DNA of 64,000 nt, from assembly GCF_031769215.1 (NCBI RefSeq), contig NW_026782576.1, positions 682,001 to 746,000 of the forward strand. Direction: 5' to 3'. Position numbers and translations under genes: made by a program. Below the pieces are notes generated by a model. That model was not told where the DNA came from, did no database searches, and saw only the letters and a list, made by a program, of their open reading frames with translations. Positions 1 through 12,478 of this stretch are shown piece by piece (position 1 is the stretch's first letter; each line of letters begins with the position of its first letter). The stretch comes from Ylistrum balloti. Lineage: Eukaryota.

Positions 1-47
1 TTGCAAATTGCATGGAGCGTCGTCAATGTTTTGTGTCTTTATTTCAG

Positions 48-2281
48 GAGATGTACAAAGATGAAGTTCGGAAAAGTCGAATGGAGACCAAGTCCTACCT
101 AAACGACATCAATGAAGTTAACGCCCGAATAGTGTCGCGGTTTAACAGCCTCCTGAAATATGGTCGGCAAGGTATAGCTTTATACTGTTTGAATATTTCA
201 TAGACATCATTTTTCTTGAGCAGAGATACTGTTTTTTCTCAGTGTTTTATGCGCTAAACCTATCTATGCATGTTGAAGGTAATTATTTGAATGTTGACAT
301 GATTGAACAAACTTTGAGCAATACACACTACATATTCAAACTCAAGGGTAATGTTGCCCTCCCCTCCCCCCACCCCAACCCCCATTTCCAGCTCTCGATA
401 ACACTACAGAACGTGGTGCTAGACTTCGAGTAACCCCTTTGCCCCACCTCCGTGGATTTCTTTCAGGTCATCGCAACATTCGCTATTTAAAATTCGTTCA
501 TATGCTTGTTGTTTTTTTACCAGGTTTAGGAGATACGGAAAAGGAGTGTCTCCGAGACACCATCAAATGCATAGAAATAGACGCTGAACTCCGCAAGGAG
601 ACTGAACAGGTTGGTATCTACTACCCAATCACCCTGGCCAGGTTCTAAGTGGGCATTCTTCTGTGTTGTCTGGTGAGAAAGCAAGGAAAGCCAAAACAGT
701 GCCTCTTCTTTATCCTAATTACATTGAGATCTTAATACTTTCATTAACTTCTAGCAGCCGTAAGCTCTTTCTTTATGGCAGCGCTTACAAAGACACTCGG
801 TTTTTTTGTTTTTTTGTTTTTGTTTTTTGTTTTTGTTTTTGTTTTAGTTTTTGTTTTGTTTTATATATTCGTGTCACTTTAATGTAAATGGCAGAGTACA
901 ATGACACCGGGTACATGTCAGTTAAGTATCAGAGTACTTTATGTGGCGTTTCATTAGTGGTCCTCGCATTTTATTGCCACCGCCTTTATGCAACTCAACG
1001 AAAAGAAATTAGTTCTCATCATCTTGAAGACCCTAACCAAACAAATTGATTGTTGATTTAAGATTGGTTGTGATCAGTAACACGATAATCTATGTTAGTG
1101 TTTAGATACAAAGCTGTTTAGTTCGGACATTGAAGAGGAAATCGACCACCTGTTAAGACAAAGGGAACAAATGTGGGAACAGAACTCTGCTCTGATGGAG
1201 GAAATATGTGCCCTTCAGTCTCAGGACCAGGGGGAGACAATCATACCCTTAAAATCTTCGGGAAAGCACATCGATTTACCTACCAGAGACTTGACCTACC
1301 AGAGTCTTTCAGGCGACGCACAAGATACCGAAGACCAGGTTGAGGAAGCGGAACACATCGGAGGAGGAATTTCACTTCATAAGTGTGTTGGTCTATGCAT
1401 GTTTGTTTGCCATTGTGTGTGATATTTCCCACTTTTAAATACAATTATCATTAAAGTACCTGCCGTGCATTTTATATATATGTATCACCAGAAGTTGCAC
1501 GATGGAAGAACATTCCATTTGACTTTACCTTCAATTTAACTTTTTAAATTGTGATTCAAATATTTCTGTTACTCTTGGCGCTTCTTGCTTTTGCGGGATG
1601 TTAAATTTCTTTACTTAAATGTTCTTGAAGGTGTGTCAAGTTAACCGATCTATCTCGCCTGTTCCACGGGCCAGAGAAAGTGCAGGCGGCCATGGAAAAG
1701 GTCTTTACAGCCCAGGACGCTCAGCTGGACGCCGGGAATGACCAGCTAGATATGGATTCGGCAGCCGGGGGACATGACAAACCCCCTCCGCCTCCTGAGG
1801 AAGATTCTGAGGATGAAGATGAACCGGAACCGGAACCAGACGAAGGACCCGAACCGTCGCAACAGACACACGTCGCTCGCCGACATCACCACCACATGGA
1901 AAATACACGTAAGTATTGCCTAAACACGATTTTATTTTAGTAACGACAGAAGAAAAATAATAGGACATAACAATGTATACGTTTACATCTTTCAGTAAAT
2001 GGTAGTCTTTTGATCGCGATTTGATTTCTTTGCCAAAGAACAATTTATTTCCATGCAAGCCGAAATCCAGAATAACTTTGAAACTACATGTGCCATTGTT
2101 TCTAGGAATGTCCGACCTCATGGTGTCAAAGATCCGAAGGAGAATGCCAGGACCAAATGTCCAGGCAACCCACAAAGACGCCGAGACGGTGAGTGGACAG
2201 CCCAACCTGTCCACTACTCGCAGACCTTCTGCGTTTTCCTTCACGCCATTGCAATCACGGGGCGGTCGCCCTAAACGTTAG
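48..2281 (+). CDS. 3' portion of a multi-exon gene for an uncharacterised coiled-coil/acidic protein; 5' end lies outside the window
   Basis: AG/GT-bounded open exons at about 48-171 (EMYKDEVRKSRMETK...), 524-609 (GDTEKECLRDTIKCIEIDAELRKETEQ), 1122-1338 (SDIEEEIDHLLRQREQMWEQNSALMEEI...), ~1677-1908 (acidic PPPPEEDSEDEDEPEPE) and terminal exon 2106-2281, which is phase-compatible (ENT-R-MSDL...PKR*). Phases between 609 and 1122 do not join, so at least one small exon is unresolved. Confidence 0.65.
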
Positions 2282-2669
2282 TGCATGTCGCACGCTACAA
2301 ATGTTGTTTCCATTCTACAGAGGAGAATCAAGATCGAGAAATAGTGATTTAATTATTTCCAGTGGTAAAGACACATTTAAGAAATCATCGTGTCATGTGT
2401 AAACACACGTGTTATTAAAATGTATGTAACGCATCGGAAGAGCTGCATCGACATTTTAATGATTATCTGTTAGTAACATAGATGTCTCTTTTGGATGAAA
2501 TTTATGTTTCTACTTCAACTACAACAAAAGATCCCAGAGGCAATTCTTTGATTTTTATTTGTTCTTTAAATGTTGGACCATTTCCCTTCTTTTCTTTCCT
2601 CTGTTTTGCACTTGATCATATAAAATGTGAAAATTCCCTTAAGAAATATCAATTATTTTTGGAACTATA

Positions 2670-3710
2670 AAATTCAAGCCGGTCGCCTGTCTGCCATTTA
2701 GTTTTTCTGATTAATCCCGAATGAAAGGGGCACATACAGAGAGTCACGGTAAACAAACTACGTATGAAATTTTAGAGCGATCCATCGCGTATTTCTAACG
2801 CAAAATAGCGACAAAAAAATTCTGTCAAAACCCAAAATGGCCTGTCCCCAAGTTGTTTTCTGATCAGTCCCAAAGTCAAATGGACCAGCTTGGGACCGAA
2901 GGAAACCTACACAATACATTTGAATAACATCTCTCCAGTGCTTCTCAAGAAATGGCGATAACAAACTTTCACTGTAAAAATTTAATATGACCGCCTGTCA
3001 GCAATTTTTGTTTAAAAATGAGCCACAAATAACGACCAAGTGAACCTACATAATATAATTGAATGATATCCAACCAATACTTCTCAATTTAATATGACCG
3101 CCTGTCAGCAATTTTTGTTTAAAAATGAGCCACAAATAACGACCAAGTGAACCTACATAATATAATTGAATGATATCCAACCAATACTTCTCAAGAAAAA
3201 GCGATTACAAACTTTCATCATGGTGTCCCCCTGTCAGCCATTTTCGTCTCCGAAAATTGGCAATGCAAAATACAATTAGTGGAAACTTAGAATAAAGCAT
3301 ACATTGCTTCACCAGAAATAGCGACAAATTATGACTGTCATAAACAAAGACAGTCGCCTGTCAGCCTTTTGTTTTTTAAATCAGGCCCAAAATAGACGAT
3401 GTACAACTCGGGATCAAGGCGAACTTTCACGCGTTTCTCCAGAGAAAGCGATATCAAACTATGACGATCGAAATCCAAGATGGCAATGCGTCGGCCATGA
3501 TATTTTTAAAGTCAGTCCACATGTGGACTATGTTCAACTAGGAACCACGAGAAACCTTTCAATTTGACCAGAATCCATCCAATGCTTCTCCAGAAGAATT
3601 GTTTCATGGACGGAAGGATGATGGACGGACGAACTAACGAACGAGGAAAAGCAATTTGAATAACCCAGTAACCCACTATCATCAGATCGTGGGCTATAAC
3701 GGTTCTTTTG
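2670..3710 (+). mobile_element. Degenerate non-autonomous HINE/pearl-like element with internal ~160-170 bp satellite units
   Basis: Recurrent motifs CGCCTGTC(A/G)GCCATTTT, TGATCAGTCCCAAA and CTTCTCAAGAAATAGCGATAACAAACTT, shared with 46560-47010; GGACGGAAGGATGATGGACGGACG microsatellite near 3608. The architecture matches bivalve HINE-like elements as I recall them; no database search was run. Confidence 0.6.
2980..3193. repeat. 107-bp tandem duplication inside the element
   Basis: ATTTAATATGACCGCCTGTCAGC...CCAATACTTCTCA occurs at 2980-3086 and again at 3087-3193. Confidence 0.9.
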
Positions 3711-4339
3711 GGTGAAGTGAATGTCACAACTACGAAAACATGTTGCTATATGTCACACAGACCAGAAGTTTCCTTAGAATGAAATAAGTATTTTAACGAT
3801 AACATGTATCTAATCAGGCCCAAATTTACATTGTAAAGTACCTTAAATAAATGTTACTACAATGTCACGTGCATCATATCGATATATGTATCGACACTTA
3901 GTGTTGTAATTGACCCTCTAACCTTTGTAATTCTCGTTATCCTTATACAGGGATATAACAATCTCTTTCACCCGCACAGTACTATACATGTATGACGTCA
4001 TTACGTAGTGTCATCATATCACACACTGGACTTGAATTTCGCGCATCATATAATGCCTTGGTGAAATAGAATCCACAAGAAATGTGGTCTTTATTTCGGT
4101 CTTCTCAAACTTTTGAGATTTTCTTTGACGGAATATCAATAGAATAATGATTCAAATATTGTATTTAGCAACTGAAATATGAATATATGTGAAATATTAA
4201 AAACATGCTGTTCGTCTTGTTGCTGTGGTGCAGAATATCTGAATGTTTCACGACATCGACAAACTCAATCTTTCATTATTCGTTTGACTGTAAACTTTGG
4301 AATGGATACAGGAAAGCTGTGACTATGAGTTATGACTTT

Positions 4340-6860
4340 CCATTTTGTATAAGTTTCATAGTGATTGACAAAGAGGTCCAGTCTTGTCATGTGATGTACT
4401 ATGGTAGGGTTATCGGGTTATTGAAAAAGAGGTCCCGTCTTGTCATGTGATATACTATGGTAGGGGTTATCGGGTTATTGATAAAAAGGTCCAGACCTTG
4501 TATGTGATATACTATGGTAGGGGTTATCGGGTTATTGACAAAGAGGTCCAGTCCTTGTATGTGATATACTATGGTAGGGGTTATCGGGTTATTGACAAAG
4601 AGGTCCAGTCTTGTCATGTGATACACTATGGTAGGGGTTATCGGGCTATTGATAAAGAGGTCCAGTCTTGCAATGTGATATACTATGGTAGGGGTTAATG
4701 GGTTATTGATAAAGAGGTCCAGTCTTGCAATGTGATATACTATGGTAGGGGTTATTGGGTTATTGATAAAGAGGTCCAGTCTTGTCATGTGATACACTAT
4801 GGTAGGGGTTATCAGATTATTGATAAAGAGGTCCAGTCTTGTCATGTGATATACTATGGTAGGGGTTATCGGGCTATTGATAAAGAGGTCCAGTCTTGCA
4901 ATGTGATATACTATGGTAGGGGTTAATGGGTTATTGATAAAGAGGTCCAGACCTTGTATGTGATATACTATGGTAGGGGTTATCGGGTTATTGACAAAGA
5001 GGTCCAGTCCTTGTATGTGATATACTATGGTAGGGGTTATCGGGTTATTGACAAAGAGGTCCAGTCTTGTCATGTGATACACTATGGTAGGGGTTATCGG
5101 GCTATTGATAAAGAGGTCCAGTCTTGCAATGTGATATACTATGGTAGGGGTTAATGGGTTATTGATAAAGAGGTCCAGTCTTGCAATGTGATATACTATG
5201 GTAGGGGTTATTGGGTTATTGATAAAGAGGTCCAGTCTTGTCATGTGATACACTATGGTAGGGGTTATCAGATTATTGATAAAGAGGTCCAGTCTTGTCA
5301 TGTGATATACTATGGTAGGGGTTATCGGGCTATTGATAAAGAGGTCCAGTCTTGCAATGTGATATACTATGGTAGGGGTTAATGGGTTATTGATAAAGAG
5401 GTCCAGTCTTGCAATGTGATATACTATGGTAGGGGTTATTGGGTTATTGATAAAGAGGTCCAGTCCTTGTATGTGATATACTATGGTAGGGGTTAACGGG
5501 TTATTGATAAAGAGGTCTAGTCTTGTCATGTGATATACTATGGAAGGGGTTATCAGGTTATTGATAAAGTGGTCCAGTCTTGTCATGTGATACGCTATGG
5601 TAGGGGTTATCGGGTCATTGATAAAGAGGTCCAGTCCCTGTATGTGATATACTATGGTAGGGGTTAACAGGTTATTGATAAAGATGTCCAGTCTTGTCAT
5701 GTGATATACTATGGAAGGGGCTATCAGGTTATTGACAAAGAGGTCCAGTCTTGCCATGTGATAAACTATGGTAGGGGTTATCGGGTTATTGATAAAGAGG
5801 TCCAGTCCTTGTATGTGATATACTATGGTAGGGGTTATTGGGTTATTGATAAAGAGGTTCAGTCTTGTCATGTGATATACTATGGTATGGGTTATCAGGT
5901 TATTGATAAAGAGGTCCAGTCCTTGTATGTGATATACTATGGTAGGGGTTAACGGGCTATTGATAAAGAGGTCCAGTTTTGTCATGTGATACACTATGGA
6001 AGGGGCTATCAGGTTATTGACAAAGAGGTCCAGTCTTGCCATGTGATAAACTATGGTAGGGGTTATCGGGTTATTGATAAAGAGGTCCAGTCCTTGTATG
6101 TGATATACTATGGTAGGGGTTATCAGGTTATTGATAAAGAGGTCCAGTCTTGTCATTTGATATACTATGGAAGGGGTTATCAGGTTATTGATAAAGTGGT
6201 CCAGTCTTGTCATGTGATACGCTATGGTAGGGGTTATCGGGTCATTGATAAAGAGGTCCAGTCCCTGTATGTGATATACTATGGTTGGGTTATCGGGTTA
6301 TTGATAAAGAGGTCCAGTCTTGCCATGTGATATACTATGGTAGGGGTTATTGGGTTATTGACAAAGAGGTCCAGTCTTGTCATGTGATATACTATGGTAG
6401 GGGTTATCAGGTTATTAATAAAGAGGTCCAGTCTTCGCATGTGATATACTATGGTAGGGGTTAATGGGCTATTTGTAAAGAGGTCCAGTCTTGCCATGTG
6501 ATATACTATGGTAGGGGTTATCGGGTTATTGATAAAGAGGTCTAGTCTTGTCATGTGATATACTATGGTAGGGGTTATCAGGTTATTGATAAAGAGGTCC
6601 AGTCTTGTCATGTGATATACTATGGTAGGGGTTATCGGGTTATTGATAAAGAGGTCTAGTCTTGTCATGTGATATACTATGGAAGGGGTTATCGGGTTAT
6701 TGATAAAGAGGTCCAGTCTTGCCATGTGATATACTATGGTATGGGTTATCGGGTTATTGATAAAGAGGTCTAGTCTTGTCATGTGATATATTATGGTAGG
6801 GGTTATCGGGTTATTGTTAAAGAGGTACAGTCTTGTCATGTGATGTACTATGGTAGGGAG
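4340..6860. repeat. 57-bp minisatellite, ~44 copies, with higher-order structure
   Basis: Unit TTGTCATGTGATATACTATGGTAGGGGTTATCGGGTTATTGATAAAGAGGTCCAGTC. ORFs 4732-4926 and 5188-5382 translate identically and lie 456 bp (8 units) apart. Confidence 0.97.
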
Positions 6861-9369
6861 GGAAGTGATGATATAGGTCCATCGTTCTCTTCAACAGTAC
6901 AGAAACTGTTGTCTAGATATTTTATTTCTGTGATCATGGACTTAGAATAGATGGATAGGAACCTGCCATACCAGGAACAAGTCTAGCTTAATAATACAAT
7001 AGGATTCAGTAGGGTTATCCAATCACATACATGTACAGCTATGATTAGGAATGAATGGGAACAAATTCACATTTCTCTACCCACAAATATACAACTGTAG
7101 AAGATTAATGAAAAGTAAAGAGATCTCAATATTTCTTAAAGTTATCTCACTTTATCTACAAAAGCAGCAAAAACATGTTTTACAATAAGGATATTTTTAA
7201 TTTAATCTCCAAATGTGTTAAACACAATATACCAGGTGCCAATCTCAATAATATTACCTATTGGATGTTTACTACATATAAACATGAATGGACGGATTAC
7301 ATGATTGATGGATGTTACGCTTCAATGAATTAGCACCATGCAACAATAAAACAGAAAGATTAACTCAGTGTCATATTTAAAATACCAAAATCATTCTAAT
7401 AAAAGCTGATTTTACCTGACAGGTGAAAAAAACAAAAACATATATGAGGAAGATTAAATGCGAGAAAACACCAAACTAAGAGAAACATTTGTTAACATTG
7501 TTTCGAATTTGAAGCTTATGTCAAGATCAAGTCTGACAAACCAAAAGATTATCTGATTTTGTGCTCTTGTCAATGCCTCTCCTGTCAAGTCCCAGAGTTC
7601 TTATTAGAATAAGATTAAGATCAAGAATATGATTAAGGGATGGAACGATGCAATATAGACACATAATCAAGTAATGACTGGCTAAACCTTTCAAAGATAT
7701 AAACAGATCAAGAGCAGATAACTCTTTGACAAAATAATTATCAGTTGTTGTTCCAAAATATTTAAGTATTATGTCAAAAGATCTAGATTTAACAGATGAA
7801 AGAATAGAACTGGAGACAGAATCACAGGTAGATGAGTGAGGTCTAAAATTCTCATACAGTAAACTAATGAATTGAGATGAGTTAATGTATATAACGTTGT
7901 TAATAAAAACTACATTATTCAAACAATTCAAGCATGAAGATAATGTTACATAACATATGGAGAATGTAAATAAAGGGGTTTTTGACATAAAATTTTATGG
8001 TCAAATAATGCTGGTTATATTATTCTACATTCCACTAAAACAATCTTCAACAAAGCAACTTATAAATATGGTGGTATATGAACAGATCAAATTTCTTTTT
8101 TAACTTTTGCTTCCAAACTGACCATATTGAAAGTAAAGTTTTATTGACTCAATCATATATAGTCACAATTGTTATTTGTAGCTACAGAAGCTGAAAGTTC
8201 TAGCCAGGTGAAATAGAAAATGAATGAGGCATTTCAGAATTTTGTATGAAATGGAAAGAAATCTAATATTCTATTTAACACATAACTTTGATACTTTTGA
8301 AAATTTTTCAGTTAACAGTATATTTTTTTACTACACTGACGCAAAATTTTCATTTGTGGTATTTTCACTCTGCATCTGTTTCTAAAGATGTCAAATTATG
8401 AAGCTACGAAGTTGTGATTCCATAAAGATAACCTTGGGAACCTTCAGCCAAACACAGGTCCCCTATTGTAATAACAAAAAAACATGTAATGTGTGTTACA
8501 ACACTGAAAAGATGGTAATTATATGATAAGAGCATTTATTATATGCATCATCTATACTGTAGGCCATATAGGATTATGACTGCTCATTGTAGAAAAAGCA
8601 TGTTACCATGTGGAAAACAAAATATCACTTCGTACCACCCAATATACTTAAAACAAGTAAAATGCTTAATTTAAAATCAAGTTACAAATAACTAAAAAGA
8701 GAATTAAGAAAAATAAAAACACATAGAATGACAAACACAAAAAACATGAACACCACACTAATCTGAGGAAATGTGCACCTCAGTTCCCAGGCACTGACTG
8801 TTAAATATACAACATAATGCATACATTTTCTCCCAAGTAATTACATGTATGTAAAAAAACATACTATGTTTGAAAATAGTCATTGGTGATGAAAATCGGT
8901 TCACATAGTCAATCAAGTATTGATTTTAATCAGTTTTGTGTGAAATAAAAAATAGTTTGCATTTCGTGAAAATATACTAAATTTTGACATCCATGTACCG
9001 GTATTTAAATTTTTAAGTATTTAGAAACTATAAATCAGTATCTTCTGCTTATCAACCAGTAATGATTAAAGTTTTTCTAGGCCGACAGAATTAGAATATG
9101 AAGTAAAATAATAAGTTATCTTTCCCCCCAAAAAGATAAAAAGTTTGTGCATCAAAAACATACAATGAATGTATTTGTCCAACAGGTATCATAGTCTTTT
9201 ATGTTTTCAGAACTTCTGTTGCACCAGTTAGTAAACAGAGTATAAATGTCTAGCAGATTGGATATAATCATATATCTTTTTTTACAAATAATAATATATG
9301 ATTTTGTATTGTGCATTAAAAAAAACAACAAAAAACAAAAATAGCACTGCTGCGTTAAAAGACATTGTG

Positions 9370-11223
9370 TTAATATTGCCATTTTCCATTTGATTTACGA
9401 CCCCGCCTTTGACTCTCGATAAACATTTTGTGGGTTTTACGATAATGCCTTGTTAAATCTTTCTGAAGTCCAAACAAAGCAGGACATTTTGAACACTGAA
9501 ACCTCTTGAAATGCACACGATGGATATGATCATCAACTTTCTTTGTTGTGTCTGCTTTGTAGTCACACGAAGAACATAAAAACATTGCTGTTTCTGAGCC
9601 AACAATTGGCTGTACCAAACTTACAGAAGCCAACAGGGACTGAGGGATACTAATGCCATCTCCTGGCCAATGCATATTGATATCTTGATCAGCACACATG
9701 CCTCGATTTGTGAAGTTTGTTTGCAATCCGTCTACTGAAGTTACAGCTGAGTGTGGCATTGATAAAGATGCTGGAGTAGATACACAACTACTGGGAAGTA
9801 TCTGATGTGGGTGGATTGTTATTGTTCTCGAGCTTGAACCTACTTGTCCTTCATCAAGAACTGCACCAGGATGAATATTATTCTTTTCACAACCATCATC
9901 TGGTGAATTTCCATACTGATCAGCTTCCTCTGCATCACATATCTCACTCTTGATAAACTTTGTAGCCCCAGAATAACTACTGTCCGTAATATTTGTGGAT
10001 GAATCCTGATAACTGGCCATTCTGTCACAGGTACACGACTCCTTAGATGTCTCCCCAGAACTTTCATAATCAAAAGGTTCCAGTTTGATGACAGAAACTT
10101 GACTGTCTTCTACATGTTTTTCCATACTTTCTTCTTTGCTTTGTTCTCCATGTTTTTCTGATGAGATTGAATTCCGATCTTGTACATCAGAGTTGTCCAG
10201 ACATTTGGTGGTAGTCTTTGGACTGTTGAGATTATCCCCCTCGGTAACAGTAGCAGATTCAGTGGCCTTGTTAATTACAGAATAGAATGGTTGTACAGAA
10301 GGTTTAGGTCTACCAGGTGGGTCCCTCTGGGGACGCTTATAAACTCTACATGATCTCAATGACTTGTAATGTCTCTGTAAATCTTTCTGAAGTCCAAATC
10401 CTTTGTCACAGCTCCTACACTTCCATGGCCTTAAATGCACACGTACCCTATGGTGAAGCAGATTGCGACCACATTGTGTGGTATAACTACATTCTGAACA
10501 TGTAAGTGCTTCTGTATTATCTCCCTGTACTGTATCCTTGTTAAGTCCTGCTACATCATTGTCTTCCGCAACATTGGCATTTCCACTTGCGGCAGCTGAA
10601 ATTTCATAGTCATTGTTAGGGGCATTCTGTGATCCTTGTTGCAAACCATCCTCCTCAATATCACCAACACTATCAGAAACATTCCTGTTGTCATCAGAAT
10701 CACTTTCTACCTCTGTCAGTGTGATCACCTGTACGTTTCTATAATGTACTTCTTCAGAATTATCATCTTCATGAAAACGTCTCTTTTTCGAAGGATCATA
10801 ACGGCTTAGCTCATTATCGGTTGTTATGTTAGTACTGTTAGTGTTGTCGGATGATGTATCAGGTGTAGTCTGTGACCGTAGTTCTACTCTATGTGCACTT
10901 ACTGACGTATTGTGATGCATGCGTGTTCTTTTCAACTCTTCTTGCTGTTCAGGTGGCTGGACTATTTTCCCAGGAGAGTATCCAATACCAACATCAAATT
11001 CATTCAACACTTTGTAATATAGAACCAGTCCCGAGAGCAGATCGTGAACAGTTTTCATCGTCTGCCAGTTTCCTGCTAGTTTAGGTTGACGGCCTTGAAC
11101 AAACACAGCCCCCGTCATGTTACACACCTTCTGTATAACGGTGGGAAATGGAAACGACGGTGTGCAAAGTTCTTGAAACTCTGGAGTAATGTCCGCGTAT
11201 ATATTTGTAAATATGGCAGACAT
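9370..11223 (-). CDS. C2H2 zinc-finger protein (~617 aa) with two finger pairs, AT-hook-like motifs and a possible N-terminal KH-like domain
   Basis: Long uninterrupted ORF, first ATG at 11223 (MSAIFT). Fingers CSECSYTTQCGRNLLHHRVRVH / WKCRSCDKGFGLQKDLQRHY and CSSCDYKADTTKKVDDHIHRVH / FQCSKCPALFGLQKDLTRHYRKTH; PPGRPK and RRGRK follow the two pairs. Candidate acceptor (CAG) at 11280-11282 just upstream. Confidence 0.9.
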   Translation of the reverse strand: MSAIFTNIYADITPEFQELCTPSFPFPTVIQKVCNMTGAVFVQGRQPKLAGNWQTMKTVHDLLSGLVLYYKVLNEFDVGIGYSPGKIVQPPEQQEELKRTRMHHNTSVSAHRVELRSQTTPDTSSDNTNSTNITTDNELSRYDPSKKRRFHEDDNSEEVHYRNVQVITLTEVESDSDDNRNVSDSVGDIEEDGLQQGSQNAPNNDYEISAAASGNANVAEDNDVAGLNKDTVQGDNTEALTCSECSYTTQCGRNLLHHRVRVHLRPWKCRSCDKGFGLQKDLQRHYKSLRSCRVYKRPQRDPPGRPKPSVQPFYSVINKATESATVTEGDNLNSPKTTTKCLDNSDVQDRNSISSEKHGEQSKEESMEKHVEDSQVSVIKLEPFDYESSGETSKESCTCDRMASYQDSSTNITDSSYSGATKFIKSEICDAEEADQYGNSPDDGCEKNNIHPGAVLDEGQVGSSSRTITIHPHQILPSSCVSTPASLSMPHSAVTSVDGLQTNFTNRGMCADQDINMHWPGDGISIPQSLLASVSLVQPIVGSETAMFLCSSCDYKADTTKKVDDHIHRVHFKRFQCSKCPALFGLQKDLTRHYRKTHKMFIESQRRGRKSNGKWQY

Positions 11224-11599
11224 TTCGATCTTCACATGTAGTATGTAGTTATTTAAAGTTCACCGCGAGGACCCTCTACCTGTATGTGAAGTTGTGAAAC
11301 ATTCATCACATCCATAGACATTAGCAAATTTCTGACAGACAAGACTGACAGTTCGTTTTTTTGTACCGACGACTCAACAAGATTTCCTATAAAGGGAGAA
11401 AACTCTGTGTAACTGCAAGAGAACAGGTAGCGCTCTACGAAGTCGCAACATCCGAATGTCGATGCATAATTCAATCATGTAAAATATATCGTGATTAATA
11501 TTCAGTTCGCATAATTGTTTATGACCTATATTTTGTAGGTGACTGTTGTTTTAATTTGTTATTGTGAGAAGGAAGTATCTCCCGAAGAAAAAAATAGAA

Positions 11600-11830
11600 G
11601 CAATACCGCAATATCGCTGGAAATATACAAAGCGCGGGTTACAAATGATCTTTAAGTCGGTTGTCAAAACCCCAAATCGGTATCACGTGACAGTTCAGGA
11701 GATATGACCGTATTAGGATGATGACGTTAACTCCTCTGGAATACTAAAAAAACCTCTACCATCACTGATCGTTACCTCAATCAGACGGGCATTACATGTC
11801 ATTTAGGTATACGCCTCAATTCCTTCTATA
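11600..11830. promoter_or_regulatory. Probable promoter region upstream of the zinc-finger gene, between divergent genes
   Basis: Locally CpG-richer; E-box TCACGTGA at 11683-11690 and CRE-like TGACGTTA at 11722-11729. Motif matches only. Confidence 0.3.
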
Positions 11831-12478
11831 AAATTGTTAACATATTCAATATAAAAGTCAGATCAACTCCATCCATTCATATAGAGTGAGATCATATGTA
11901 CAGGACTCAGTCTGCACACGTCAAGTCTGGCCACTGCTTCAAAAAGGTAATATTTTATATAGTATAAAAAAACTTCCAACTGTTCCAATCCAGCGTGATC
12001 ATCAACTTCATCAAGTTATTCTGCTCTCATCAATGGTGATCAAAGCAATTAATTTTCATCAAGTTTGGTCCACAATTCTATCCGCCTCCGTCAACAGTGA
12101 GCACCAGCTCAATCGGCTTCCATTGACAGTGATCAGCTTTATATCTGACCCATCATTTGTGATCACAGAGACAATTCTATCAAATTTACAACGATCTGTT
12201 CCCATCAAAATATGATTGCCCACTCAATCTGCTCCATTCAACAGTGATTATCAACACAATCTGATTCTATCATTTGTGATCACAGCCCATTTTTCCCAAT
12301 CATGTGTGATCACTGTTCTAAGTCAAATATGATCACCAACTCAATAAGATAAAGTCAAATGTGACCATCAACTCAATCTGATGAAGTCAAATATGATCAC
12401 CAACTCAACCTTTTAACAAGCATGTGTTATCTTCAAATCAATCTGTTCTCATCATAAATTTGTTCCTATATACATTAA

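Noticed and set aside
1705-2244. 179-aa minus-strand ORF
   Set aside because: Antisense shadow of GC-richer plus-strand exons; it spans an intron.
7527-7988. 153-aa minus-strand ORF
   Set aside because: Very AT-rich low-complexity translation with no motifs or clear splice context; probably 3' UTR or intergenic.
11253-11474. 73-aa ORF just upstream of the zinc-finger gene
   Set aside because: TTG start, no recognisable motif, and it overlaps a likely splice acceptor; probably intron/UTR sequence.
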